Assembly (NCBI RefSeq): GCF_964355755.1
Contig: NC_092673.1
Span: 30,935,648 to 30,999,647 of the forward strand
Source of the DNA: Antedon mediterranea
Lineage: Eukaryota; Animalia; Echinodermata
Direction of reading: 5' to 3'
DNA: 64,000 bases
In this document: in pieces, positions 1-12,800 of the stretch
Position numbering within the stretch: position 1 is the first letter of the stretch
How the letters are laid out: each line of letters begins with the position of its first letter
The notes under the pieces: model-generated
The model's input: the letters and a program-made list of their open reading frames with translations, nothing else
Databases searched by the model: none
Told to the model about the DNA's origin: nothing
Position numbers and translations under genes: made by a program

Positions 1-433
1 TGTCTCAAAAGAGTTTTACTGCACAGAATTGCACAATATCGGTAGGCCTAGGTCGACTATAAGATACCGTAAAATAATAAACTCAAATGACGCGCCAATT
101 AAACTCGCAATAATAATTTTAATTAATCTCTCTAGATGACGTCATGTTCTTTCCAATGACGATGAATACAGTTAATCTAATTGGTACCAGTTCTACGATT
201 ACTCTAATTAATACAATTTAATCGTTTCCAGAAAAAATATTTAATGAAATAATTAAAACTAAATAAGAAATTGTAACCGTATAAGCATTATTTCTGTATT
301 TCGGTTAAGTACCGTACATCCTGTCCAAATTCTAGTTTGACGACCAATACAGATTATCCTATCAAATTTAATTTTATCAGAAGGACAATCGTATAAAATC
401 ACTGGAACTGCAAGTAGTGTATCTGCTTAATTA

Positions 434-845
434 TACTGTAAAAATAGTGTTTAGATCTTAAACATCTATTTTGTACCCACCTTTTCCACACATTTAGCTT
501 TTAAACATGTTTAGCGTGTTTAAAACCTAAACGTGTTTATAACTACATGTTGTTTGCTCGTTTAGCATTCAAGATTATGTTCAGTCAACATGTTTAGCTA
601 CGTGTTTAGCATTGCATGCATATGATTATACTGTTGCAGACGAAAGCTCCACACACACCATGTCAAATTAAACAGGTTAAAAACCTAAACGTGTCTTTAT
701 ATTGCTCCACATGTTTATCAATCAATCAATGTGTTGAGTTGGATACATACTACATGTTTAGAATGTATTTAGAACCTAAACATGTTCATATCTAAAAAGT
801 GGGTACAAAATGAAGGTTTAAGATCTAAACACTATTTTTACAGTG
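434..845. mobile_element. Non-autonomous CACTA/EnSpm-like DNA element
   Basis: ~50-bp TIRs ([t/c]ACTGTAAAAATAGTGTTTAGATCTTAAAC...GTTTAAGATCTAAACACTATTTTTACAGTG) with internal ACATGTTTAG-type subterminal repeats. Confidence 0.7.
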
Positions 846-2715
846 ATATATTTTCCATTATCTAATCACATATATTATGATGATGACATTTAAAGTGAAT
901 TATATAATTATAGGTATAACATTGCAGTATTGAGATACGAGATACGTGTTATCTTTATCACTAACACCACTTGGCAAGTATTACATCAGAGACATTACAC
1001 GAGTCATTATAGTTACCCATTTAGTGGGAATTTAACAGTAGGATCTACTGAAATGCTATTCACACTCAAAATAAATAACACTGACTAGTAAGTAAGAAAG
1101 TGGGCAATTATCACATCGGATTTACGTGACAATTTATGACCCACTGGTTTATGGGCAGCTATTTTAGCCGACATCTATCAGTAGTCCCTACTTTAAAACT
1201 ATTTCTGAAGTAAGTAAGTTAGCCATAATATAATCACATCGAAAATACGGGTCAGTATGAGCAGCTTTTAACAGTAGGCCCTTCTGAAAAAAAAAGAGTT
1301 ATTTACAAGTATTAACATAACGACAAAAAACACTATGTACATACACAATAATAATGTCAAGTAATCTGAACTAAAGGTCATTATGGGCAGCTGTTTTGCT
1401 GAAATTAACAGTATCATTTCAGTATAAAGGCCCAGTTAAATCCAAACTTAAAATGTGTACCCATCATGACTCGTATAATTTCCGATGTATGTAATAATTG
1501 CTAAGTGGCGTTAAATATAACATGTACTATATCTCATATCTCATACTAAAGCTATTCATAGCTTACGAAGAATAACATAGTGTACATCAATAATGTATCA
1601 AGTATTGCATAAGAAATACTAGTCATTGGGCAGCTATTTTAACTAAAATGTAACAGTTGCCACGCTATTACTACTTACCAAACTTGCAGAAAGAACAACT
1701 ATGAGCTTGTAACACTAAACACATAAACTTTACTAGTGTTTGCATGCTTAGTGATCTTTCTTCTTTTATTCTGGTAGATAGTTATCTACGTCGTCTAGAG
1801 AAATTGCTACTAAAAGGTTTTATGTCCGATGAGGACTACTTAGAAACCAATCTACCCCCTGCTTTGATCGTGTATACGATTCGAAGCCCAATAGAAAGTT
1901 GAGCCATCAATAAATAAACGTAACAGAGGCAAAATCGGATCGTTCCGTAACATTCTGTACTCTGTATAGATTGAGTAACGAATTTGGCCTGAGGCTTTAC
2001 TCGGATACCGTACATTATTCGTCGCGTGCCGCCTTAATAAGTTTATCCTTTAGTTGTTAAACGCATCTCGCTTTCGTGGCTTGGGTTTTAAATTTTCAAA
2101 TGAAAAACAATACATTGAATTATTTTTTAAGGCTTTTATTGTTTCATTTTATTATACATATACGCTGACGAAATTATGGTTATTGTTAATGGTACCAGTT
2201 TCCTCTATCATCATCGTTATGTTTGTTGTCTTCTCGATGAGTCTAAGTAAATCTATCCGAAGTTTTTAGTTGGTCCGTTTAAAATTCAGCTTTTGAATAG
2301 TAACACAGTTATTTCTAGTTTTACACACAAAAAATGAAAGATCAAACTTCTAAATAAATCATAATTTTATTTTGCGAGCTATAATTTGAAAAATTACAAT
2401 ACAAATTAGACACACAAGTTAATACACACTAATATTCAAATGAGTTACACTACAGAGTGGTGTCCGTTCAATTTAAAGCAATTCACACTATTATTAGCAA
2501 TTCCAAACGCAAGCGTACATTTTACGGCCATAAAAACGTCTTACAGGTATCAGATTATGGGGAAACTTCGACATGTAATTTTCAAAATAGGCGACTATAA
2601 TTGGCACTTTAAAGCACGAAGACATTTTTGTTTAAACATCATTATTATGTTTTTCTATAATTTCTCTGGAGTCACGTGTAGCATAGTGGTTGTGTGGATG
2701 TAACAGTCCCATTCG

Positions 2716-3006
2716 TTACTTGATTGCGTCAAAGTTACTTAATTGCTTCAAACTTGATTGCGTCAAAAGTTATTTGATTGCGTCAAAAGGTATTTGATTG
2801 CGTCAAAAGGTATTTGATTGCGTCAAGAGTTATTGGATTGCCTCAAAGGGTATTTGATTGCGTCAAAAGTTATTTGATTGCGGCAAAAGTTATTTGATTT
2901 CGTTAAAGTTAGGCCTACCTGATTTCGTTAAAGTTACTTGATTTCGTCAAAGTTACTCGAATTCGTCGAAGTTACTTTTTGCGTCAACATTACTTGATTG
3001 CGTCAA
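2716..3006. repeat. 19-20 bp minisatellite (aagttacttgattgcgtca), ~14 copies, overlapping the GPCR stop codon
   Basis: Direct tandem units; the terminal unit encodes D-A-I-K-stop of the GPCR on the minus strand. Confidence 0.9.
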
Positions 3007-4201
3007 CGTTTGCCAGTGATTCAAGGCATATGTTGTTTTTGCCAATGTTGTTCAAAGAAAGTACACTGCTGGCACCCTTGCTGTGTTTCAGCCTCTGCTG
3101 GTCATCTCCACCTAAGTTATTTTTCAGGCATAAGTTCGGGAAGAAACATCTCTTAAACGCATTTCTGTAGCCAGTACTCATTGTGATGTATATGAATGGA
3201 TTTACAGACGCATTTATGAACATGGCACATTTACTGATGTAAAGTATAGTTATTATTGTGGTTTTTGGGAGTACTTGTGTCTGCGTGAGGGCAAGTATGA
3301 TTAAAAGTATCCTAGCAGGGATAATAGTTACAAGCATAACGGTTATGGTTACCAACAGCATAACCACCACGTGCTTTTTTGTTTCGATGACTTCATTACT
3401 TGAATGCCTCTGATTGGATATCTGAGACCGAAGGCAGACGATCATACTGGAGTAAAGAAATACAAACAACGGCATCATAGCAACCAAAACATAGTGTTCG
3501 GCAAAGTACATTTTGTGAATCTTTGTACATGCGGACTCCGTCGGTTGGCCGGGTCGTCCATCACATATCAAACAGTAGGCAACTTCCGATGGAGCAACTA
3601 ACGGGTCGATTATAGTCGTATTTACCCATTTTAAGTGTACGGTGTGAAGATACGAATAATGTAAAACAGGTGATCTGTAAACACATACGATAAGCCATAA
3701 CATGATGCAAAATACAACAGCTCGTTTTGGATTTTCTATATCTCTGAATCGTATAGGCCAGCAGATGGATAGGTATCGCTCAATTGATACAATCATGAAA
3801 GTCAAACATGATACCACGACGCATGTTTCTACAAAGATTAATACTATCTTACAACCTATGATACCCACGTGATAGTAGTCATCTTCTACAGGACTCGTAA
3901 GAAAGCTTTTCCATAACATTGGGCCAGCAGTTATGAGAAGACCAAAATCACAGAAAGCAACATTCAAAAGGTAAATGTTTACCGAGTTACGAAGCGTTCG
4001 TATGCGTACAAAAACAATAAGTAATCCCAAGTTACCTAGGATGCCGATTGTGAAAAATATAGGTAAAATAATAGAGAAAATTATATTAGCTATTGGAGGG
4101 TACAAGAAATCGGCTTCATAATTAGAGTCTATGTAGTAATATGTGAAATCTTCAACTACGTAATTGTAATCTGGGTCAACAAATGCTGTATCTTCTGTCA
4201 T
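2990..4201 (-). CDS. Class A (rhodopsin-like) 7TM GPCR, orphan peptide-receptor-like, single coding exon (~403 aa)
   Basis: Seven hydrophobic segments with GN (TM1), VAFCD (TM2), C...SIERY (TM3, DRY variant), W (TM4) and NASVNPFIY (NPxxY, TM7). The likely start is MTEDTAF at 4201, because a polypyrimidine tract plus CAG acceptor (minus strand, AG at 4217-4216) lies just upstream. The 4202-4525 ORF extension is therefore probably UTR/intron. Confidence 0.9.
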   Translation of the reverse strand: MTEDTAFVDPDYNYVVEDFTYYYIDSNYEADFLYPPIANIIFSIILPIFFTIGILGNLGLLIVFVRIRTLRNSVNIYLLNVAFCDFGLLITAGPMLWKSFLTSPVEDDYYHVGIIGCKIVLIFVETCVVVSCLTFMIVSIERYLSICWPIRFRDIENPKRAVVFCIMLWLIVCVYRSPVLHYSYLHTVHLKWVNTTIIDPLVAPSEVAYCLICDGRPGQPTESACTKIHKMYFAEHYVLVAMMPLFVFLYSSMIVCLRSQISNQRHSSNEVIETKKHVVVMLLVTITVMLVTIIPARILLIILALTQTQVLPKTTIITILYISKCAMFINASVNPFIYITMSTGYRNAFKRCFFPNLCLKNNLGGDDQQRLKHSKGASSVLSLNNIGKNNICLESLANVDAIK

Positions 4202-4740
4202 TTCTCTTTTTTTTTCTGAAAAGAAATAAAATATCAGATGATGAGACAATGCACTAGAACCCGATTTGACACCCCCCCCCCCCCCTCCCCACTCGACCAC
4301 TACTCGCACTGTAATATTTTCTCTGTACGGCAATGTATGATTTGAACGCATTGAGACAATCACAGAGGACAGTTCGGATGATCCATTCATCAGTGGAAAA
4401 TGACTTCCATCTATTGTCATTATACATAGAAATTGTGTTTGCTCTGAGTTATACCAAAACAGATAAATAAAAAAAAATGAACAAAACAATTGCAAAGTGT
4501 CACTCTCGACCATAGACCTGACCATCGTTAGTGATTGTTCAAACTACATGAGTTGCGTGATATCTTTGTGCCACTTTGTGGGCTGCTACATAAATCATAT
4601 CTATAGAATTACCTTTATATTTTGTGTTTGTGTTATTTATTAAGTCTACATCGATTTATGGGTTTACAGAATTCCTGCATGTGTTAACATTCTGGCTAAC
4701 ATTGTTATTATTGCTGCATTAATATGTTATTATGACCTTT

Positions 4741-5110
4741 ATGTGACTTTATCACCTCCCTGGAAACATGCATTTTCTATTTATAAAAAAAAAACGTATG
4801 CATGTTAAATTCCAATCATTTTAGTATATAGTATCTATCGAAATTGATGAATCGGAAATAATAATAAGATAATAATTGTTCATATACACGTTTTTCCAAC
4901 ATCCTGAGAACATACATATTTTATATACTGTAGTTGTGACTTTATCACCTCCCGGGAAACATGCATATTCTATTTATAATAAAAACGTATGCATTTTAGT
5001 ATATAGTAAGCTATCGAAATTGATACATCGGAAATAATAAGAAGATAATAATTATCCCTATACACGTTCTTTCCAACACCCTGAGAACATACATATTTTA
5101 TATACCGTAC
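4741..5110. repeat. Tandem duplication of ~190 bp
   Basis: tgtgactttatcacctccc...catcctgagaacatacatattttatatac occurs twice (from ~4742 and ~4935). Confidence 0.8.
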
Positions 5111-7736
5111 AAGCATACAATGAAGTTTATTATTAATAATTTTAAACATAAAAACATAATTAGACTTAATGATAAGTCCAAGTGAAGTGGTCTCTTAAAT
5201 GGAGACAGATTTCTTTTTCCAAAATCTCATAATGGAAGCAATATTAATGACTCAGGGAACCTTTCATTTACCTCTTTTTTCAATGCCGTTGTCTCTGATC
5301 CATAATTTGAGATGAGATGATAAAATAATAATTATAGAAACAAATTGAAATTGCAATCACAAACCAAGGCAATCTAACAACATGATGCTAAGCTTCATTA
5401 GATCAAAGGTTTTATGTTTGGTTACGACACGGAGAGTATAGTAATAGTATAGTAATTCCACGACCCTAAACAGAAACCGAAGAATAACTGCAACTAGTAT
5501 GAATCCTACGACCAAAAGACTTTTTCAAAATTCCTATCTTGGCAAGGCGAGCTCATCATCCGGCTGCTAGATTGCCTTGCACAAACTAACAAAGCAATTT
5601 TTTATCCAAAAAAGCTAGAATGCAAAACTCCCAATAGGTCCTCTTTGATATATACTTTGGCGTAAAGTTTAGGCCCACTTGCAAACAAATATGCATGATA
5701 GAAAAACCAGCATTTTCATACTTACATAATCAACAATATTAAAACTGCAATTTAAGATATTTGGGAGAGCTCAGTTTGCTACAGTTGGTCTTGTTTCGAT
5801 TTGTCTTTCACTTTTATGTATCATCCCAGCGAGTCCAGGTTTGTCCTTTCAGGGGGCGTTGCAGATGAGAGTAAGGACTTAATTCGTCTAATATCCTGTA
5901 TGTTACTATTCCGGAAATCAGTATGAGCTATTCCAATACTCGATGCGTGTTTTATTGCCAACAATATTTTATAGTTTGCATATCATCACGTAAATCGCAC
6001 AGGGCCTCGTATCCTAGCCAATGAGAGTAGAGAGGAAATACACGTGATTGGTTTGATAAAGTTCAAACTGCAGTGACGTACTTTCACTTACAGTATAGCA
6101 ACCAACTTAAACAAATTGAACAATGTTTAATTTTACTAAATGTTATCAGATTTTACATTATTTCAGTAATACTGTAAATATTGTTTCTATCATATAGGTA
6201 ATAACAAAAGTCACACAAAGCATACAGATAACTTCATCATAATTATTGATCATTCAATATAGCAATAATTATATATTGATATTAATACATTTGAAATCTG
6301 ACTTTTGTCTAAGAATAAACCAAGATATATTAGGCCTAACCATCAATGCATGAAATCGACTGTCTATATTTAAATTTATTTCAATTTATATCGTTTGTTT
6401 GTTTGGAACAAAAAACTGAGTTTGAATCAAATTTTCAAAAAAATTCTAAAACAACCATTCATAAAGAAAGCGTCTATACAATAAATATATGACTTACCTT
6501 ATTCATCAGCCGATTTTGATTACACGTCGTAACTCGGTTAGGGTTAGTAAATAAGCTAATGCTATTGAGTTACATGAGGAATTGTATTTAAATTACTTCC
6601 ATCTGCTTTTGATATTATAATTTATGTGTCTAACTAGTTAATATTATTACCTCATAAACAGTAGAATGATAAAATAATGGAACTGACATTCAAAATTCAA
6701 CCATCATTTTATATAATACTACCAAGAAGAAAAATATTGGAATATCATTATATAGGCCTAAATGTTAAAAACAGATAAAATATAACAGTGCGAAATTCCT
6801 GTCACAACAGTATAGAAACTAGTATATAAACAGGCACAGAACATGAATTCTAAACCACCCGGTGATATACTGAAATGTAATAATTAATTTCGATATAGGC
6901 CTATATTGTTATAAGCAATTACCCTAATCTTACGAGTCAAATATCGGTACTCTATTATTTTATAGGTTAGGATAGGCTTATGGTGTATGATTCGAGGTTT
7001 CACATGTGATACTATATAACACTATATTTCATCATTTGCTATGATACTGTACATAATAATGTTATATGTTGAGATACAGTACAGAGAACCGGGTGAGGTT
7101 GCAACTTGTTATAGAAGTTCCCCACGGTAAACACCTCAATTGCTGAGTTTTTTTGCTTTATGAATACATAAAACTAATTTTTTATTTTTTTCTTACGATT
7201 TCCCGCCGTAGCAATGTCGTAAATTATCTCAACTGTTTGATTTCTGGAAAGCTAAACAACGCCGAGTACTAATTACTTTATTTATAGATTATTGCACGTT
7301 TTTTCATTATGTTGGCTAAACTTGATTAATGCAAATCATCCGAGTGGCATGCTTGTAATACAACTAAATCATGATTTGTTTGTTGATGTTGATGTTAAAA
7401 CTAATTCATACATCGTTTGTTGTTGATGTTAAAACTAATATCTGCAAATGATGACGTCACTGCAAGTCTTCTTCTAATGTAGATTTCCTATTCTCGAATT
7501 AGGTTTATTTTTAAATGTCAGTGAAGGCTTTTTAATCAATCTTAATCACTAAACAAATAAACTTTAGAAACTTTCTCCAAAATGTATTCTTAAAGGGTAG
7601 CTCCGGTTTTAAAAATGTACGGTATAGGCCTATTGTTTATTATAAAATACAAACCTTCCCTATTGATAAAAACCAACACAGCGGCGAAGCAACACGAGCA
7701 TATTGACAACGTGCCCCCCTCCCCTCCTTTGTTTAA

Positions 7737-8033
7737 AGCTCTGTCTACACTATCAAACTAGTTTGACTTAAAAAAGTTCGATGTGCCCGAATATGGTAGT
7801 GATATGCCCAAATGTGGTAGTGATATGACTTCATCATGTCCATATATGGGCAAATTACATTTTATGTCACATATAAAGTTTGATAAGTTTAGGGGATCTT
7901 TTTCCGATCCCAGAAACAGTTCTTATTTAATGTTATCATTTAGGTTATTGTGAATGTATGCTGCTTTTATTTATTGAACTGTTTCTAAAAAAAAATGTTG
8001 AATGAACATAAAACATATAGTGTAGATAGAGCT
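7737..8033. mobile_element. MITE family B (TIR AGCTCTGTCTACACTATCAAACT) with an internal ~130-bp insertion
   Basis: TIRs flanked by TAA/TTA; internal atatggtagtgatatgccca repeats; extra sequence ~7888-8017 splits the right TIR. Confidence 0.75.
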
Positions 8034-9199
8034 TTAGGTGGTGCTACAAGACCTTTGTATGCTAATTACTTTGATATGCTGCTGCAGTATTAGGGTTTTT
8101 TGATTAGCATTAATATCTCATGTTACTCAAACCAGTAGTGTAATGTAGCAAGTTGTCAAATTTAATCATAAAATTATGATTTATTATCATCAGTCTTGTG
8201 AAATTTCACAGGTGATAAAAGAGTTTAGGGTTACCGAGCTTAGTGTAAATGTACTCTGTTGTTGAGGGTATCGTATGTTCACTCAGACTATACCAATAAA
8301 CAAAGAAAGGATACTTAATAGGCGATCCGTATAGTACAGATCATCTATAACTAGGCCTACTGAAAATGAAATGGTGTAGCGTAGGCCTATAAGTTGTTAG
8401 CATACCTACTGTATTTGCATTTGCAACGATCAAACAATAAGAAAGCTTTCGTACACATCTGTAAATTAACTATATTCAATATTTTTTTTTTTTAAAGTGC
8501 AATATATTCAAGCAAAAAAAGTACGTTATAGATTTACGTAGTCATGGTTTTTCTTAACGTTATAAATAAGGCACATTCCAGTTAACATTTTTCACCGACA
8601 TAACATTTTATGTGATGTTTGTTTTAACTCATTAATAAAGGTAATATACTTTAAATTAAATGTAAGTAGAAGACACAATTATAGGCCTATAAAGAAAAAT
8701 TTACTTGGAACGATTAGTTTAATGAGTTAACTAATGTTATCAGAGAACCTATGGTAAGGTAATAGTAACACGAGGATCCTTCATAGGTCTACGAAATAAA
8801 AGCTAATGTACGCTCCGACTGTTACAGAAAAATATAATATAAAAACATGCAAAAACTGTACGTGAAAAATAACATACCATGTCCTACATTTAATCGTTGT
8901 TTACATCGAAAATTTAACTTGCCGAACATTTTAGCACACAAAGTATAAAGTTGAGTATTGTAATTGCTTGCTCTATGATAATTAGTACATTTTGATCGGT
9001 TTGAATTCTTCAACGATCTAGTTTGCTTTTAATTCCATGAACTATCGGCTAAATCATAGATTAGGTCGCTTCAATTTGTCTCCCGTGGGAACGAATGCGT
9101 AGATTACAACAAGCTGTGTATTCACCATTCCTTTTATGATATTAACGCCAATGGTTTAAACATACAAATCTAATAAACGAGTGTAATGATTTCCTTATT

Positions 9200-9290
9200 G
9201 GTAATCGATTAGCTCATGTGTAATCGATTAGCTCATTTGTAATCGATTAGCTCATTTGTAATCAATTAGCTCATTTGTAATCGATTATCT
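9200..9290. repeat. ~19-bp minisatellite (tgtaatcgattagctcatt)
   Basis: About 5 tandem copies. Confidence 0.85.
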
Positions 9291-9841
9291 CCTATATTTA
9301 GATGTATGAGACGGTCTTTATTTCATAAATCAATGACATCATTAAATCTACATCAATTCAGCGTCGTTTTCCAGATTCCAATGATGGACCCCTTCCTCCC
9401 CCCCCCCCCCGTTCCTTCCTATGCAGCTCACATATCTGTATTTCTTCAAAACTTAAGTCTGTCCCTTTTTTAAATATAGGCATCTATATTATAGCTGTTT
9501 ACAATTTATAGAGTGGTCGTTGGGAACATGTTTGGAAATTACGTTGAAGTACGTTTTGCTTTGTGTTATGAGTAAAGCTTGGTTCCCACTTTGAAGAAAA
9601 CGCAATGACGTAACCAACCGCACCGCAAGTAGTTTGCCCAATTACGACGCGATGGACTGTTCGTGATGTCGTTGCGTTTAGCCTAGGTTTAGCCTAGTAC
9701 AGTGTATGCAATGACAACGACGTTTATTAGCAACATTTATTTTAATAAACATAATATTAATAGCAAAAATGCAATAAATAGGAAAATAGATCTTATATCT
9801 ATAAACATTATTTTAAACTAATACAGTAATATGCCTACAAT

Positions 9842-12800
9842 TTACACTTGTATAAGCGCTTTTCCTTGTGTTGGTTTGTGACTCTTCATCACTCGATTTA
9901 CCCAAGGTACTAATTTGGGTACGTGTGCGTAGTATGCGTATTGTCCTGAAATTGCGCACCCTTTTCCAGCACTCACGATACCAACTTGCACCCATCGTTT
10001 TTTACCGTTATACATGACGTTGCGCATAAGCGGACCGCCTGAATCACCGAAACATGTGTCCTTTGCCTTTTTGTTGAAGCCTGCGCAGAACATAGTGTTG
10101 GTGAATTGCGTTACGTCCTCGTTTACTCGTCTTAGACTTGCTATACACACGTTTCGCGGTCTAATAGGTATTGTCAACTGTTGAAGATCGTCTTTGTAGA
10201 ATATGAGTTCACTATTGTTCCAGTGAACCGGTAGGTGATGACCCCAACCAACTACAGTCGCCATGGTACCAACTTCAACCAAACCATCTGAAAAAGAAAA
10301 GTTATTTTGTCATTAATATCATTAATTGATTTATTTTCTGTTTTGTCCTATTTACATAGAATGGGGTATTAATGATTTGAAGAGTTAGTACTTTAGTATC
10401 CTTTTCACATCCCCGTTTTTCTTATAAAGCGTGGTTCCCACTAGAACGCAACGCAGCGACGTATTGACGCAAATTGATGTATTGCGTAATCACAAGTGGG
10501 AACCGACGACGCAACAGTGCTGCAAAAATCGCAGGTTTGATTTCACGCAGGCGGAGGCAAACAATTAATTATTGAAATGCATTGGCTTTATGTTGCGTTA
10601 CGTTGCGTCGCAAGTGGGGACCAAGCTTTATGAAAGGGCACATTTTATAAATCGGTTGTTACAGTAAGACTGAGTTGGGAATTTGAAAATATGATTTGTA
10701 CCTTGGTTACTGGATTCTGATTCTGGTTCTGGTGGCAGGCAGATTGAGTGAATAAATCGATTGAGTGCAACATCTCGCTTAAGATGCATTACCGCAATAT
10801 CGTAATCAAAGCCTCGGAAATCATGCTGCTTCGGTAGATACAATGCGTCAATCAAAAACACCTGCTCTCTATTTGTACCCCTGTCCCCAGTACGATTCGT
10901 TGTACCTAAAGACAGATATATGTATTATGCTATTTATGTCCACTTGAGCGTACAGTAGAACCTCACCTCGAGCGTACTACAACCTCAACTCGAGCGTACT
11001 ATAACCTCACCTCGAGCGTACTACAATCTTACCTCGAGCGTACTATAACCTCACCTCGAGCGTACTACAACCTCAACTCGAGCGTACAACAACCTAAACT
11101 CAAGCTTACTACAACCTTAACTCGAGCGTACTATCCTCACCTCGAGCGTACTACAACCTCAACTCGTGTGCGTACTACAACCTAAACTCGAGCGTACTAC
11201 AACCTAAACTCGAGCTTACTACAACCTTAACTCCAGCGTACTAGAACCTAAACTCAGGCGTACTACAACTTCAATTCGAGATTACTACAACCATAACTCG
11301 AGCGTACTACAACCTGAACTCGAACGTACTACAACCTCAACTCGAGCGTGCTACAAACTCAATTCGAGCGTACAACAAACTCAACTTAAACGTACTTCAA
11401 CCGCAACTCACGGATGTACTGCAACTTCAATTCACAGACGTACTACAACCTGCAGTTGAAAAGTTTTTTCGAGAATCGAATACACTTTTTCGATGTTGTA
11501 GCATCGTTTGCTGTAGTATACTCACCTAATCGAACTTGTATCTTTGTGACGTCTTCATTGTGACCAAAGCAATGGCCAGCAGACATTACCCAGTCGTTGT
11601 CAATTAAACTACCTCCACAGAAGAAATGCCACTGAAGAAAAAATGTAGAGATGTAAGATAGTGTATACAGGATATAGAAATTTCAATATAAGTTCACGTT
11701 TTAATACATAGAATATTATATTTTATATTATAGACTTTAATCAAAAGTTTATATTCTGCTATCCAGTAGAGGGCGATATTGTTTTTTTTCCCTAAAATAT
11801 GCTGCGTATCAAATAAATGAGAACTAAATCTTGGTTTCCACTAGCAACGCAACCTACGCAACGTAAAAAATGCCCTTCCAATAATTGTGTTTGCCCTCGC
11901 CTGCGTGAAATCAAACCTACGATGTTTTCAGCACTATTGCGTCGTCGGTTCCCTCTTGTGATTACGCAATACAGCACTTTGCGTCGATACGTTCTAGTTT
12001 GAACCACGCTTAATAGTGGTGTCTCATGAACGTGGATATACCAAAACATGGGTTCTCCATTAAGCGTAGTTCCCACTAGCGACCCAACGTAACCTACGCA
12101 ACGTAAGAAAATGCCATTTTAATAATTGTGTTTGTGAGAACCACGCTTTACTTGTTACTTAAAGCGTGGTTCCCACTAGCGACGCAACGCAAGAACGTAA
12201 CGCAACGCAAGTGAATTGACCAATCACAAGCGATGGCTTATTCGCTTGTGATTGCTAACTTTCTATAATTTCGCTTTGTCATTGGTTAAAACGCTTGCGT
12301 TGCGTTTACGTCCTTGCGTTACGTTCTAGTGGTAACCAAGCTTAACTAAGCATACAAGTTACCCTTTTGCGTTCATCTTGCCAATATATACCAGCTTGCC
12401 ACGGCCAGGCTCCCCGATTCGCATCAAATCCTCCTATTATTCTACCCGTTAGTCCGTGCACACTAGTATCTCCTGCCAGGCCACAATCTCTGTATTTGCT
12501 TGTTTTCTCTGAAAATACAAAATGTTTAGGAAAATTAATATATAGCGAAAACCAACGACGCAATAGTGCTGCAAACACCGCATGTTTGATTTCACGCAGG
12601 CGGGGGCAAACACAATTATTAGAAAGGCATTTGCTTAGATTGCGTTACGTTGCGTCGCTAGTGGGAACCAAGCTTTACCATGAACATTAGATAGGTACAC
12701 TTGACATAATTCACATGCCCATACAATACATTGGAGAGTGATACAATTGTGTTTTTGTCTGTGGATTTAAATATTGACCTTAAGTAGAACATGTTTGAGA

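Noticed and set aside
4202-4525. N-terminal 108-aa extension of the 511-aa GPCR ORF
   Set aside because: It runs through a poly-G tract and a strong splice acceptor at ~4216; it is likely intron/UTR that is open by chance.
10945-11450. CRISPR-like array (also 29245-30067 and 40490-41190)
   Set aside because: Units are directly adjacent with no unique spacers, there are no cas genes, and the context is eukaryotic introns. These are minisatellites.
11792-12076. Short ORFs with CVASLVGT-type peptides (also 14072, 35551, 48927, 53103, 53641, 57349)
   Set aside because: They are translations of family A MITE sequence, not genes.
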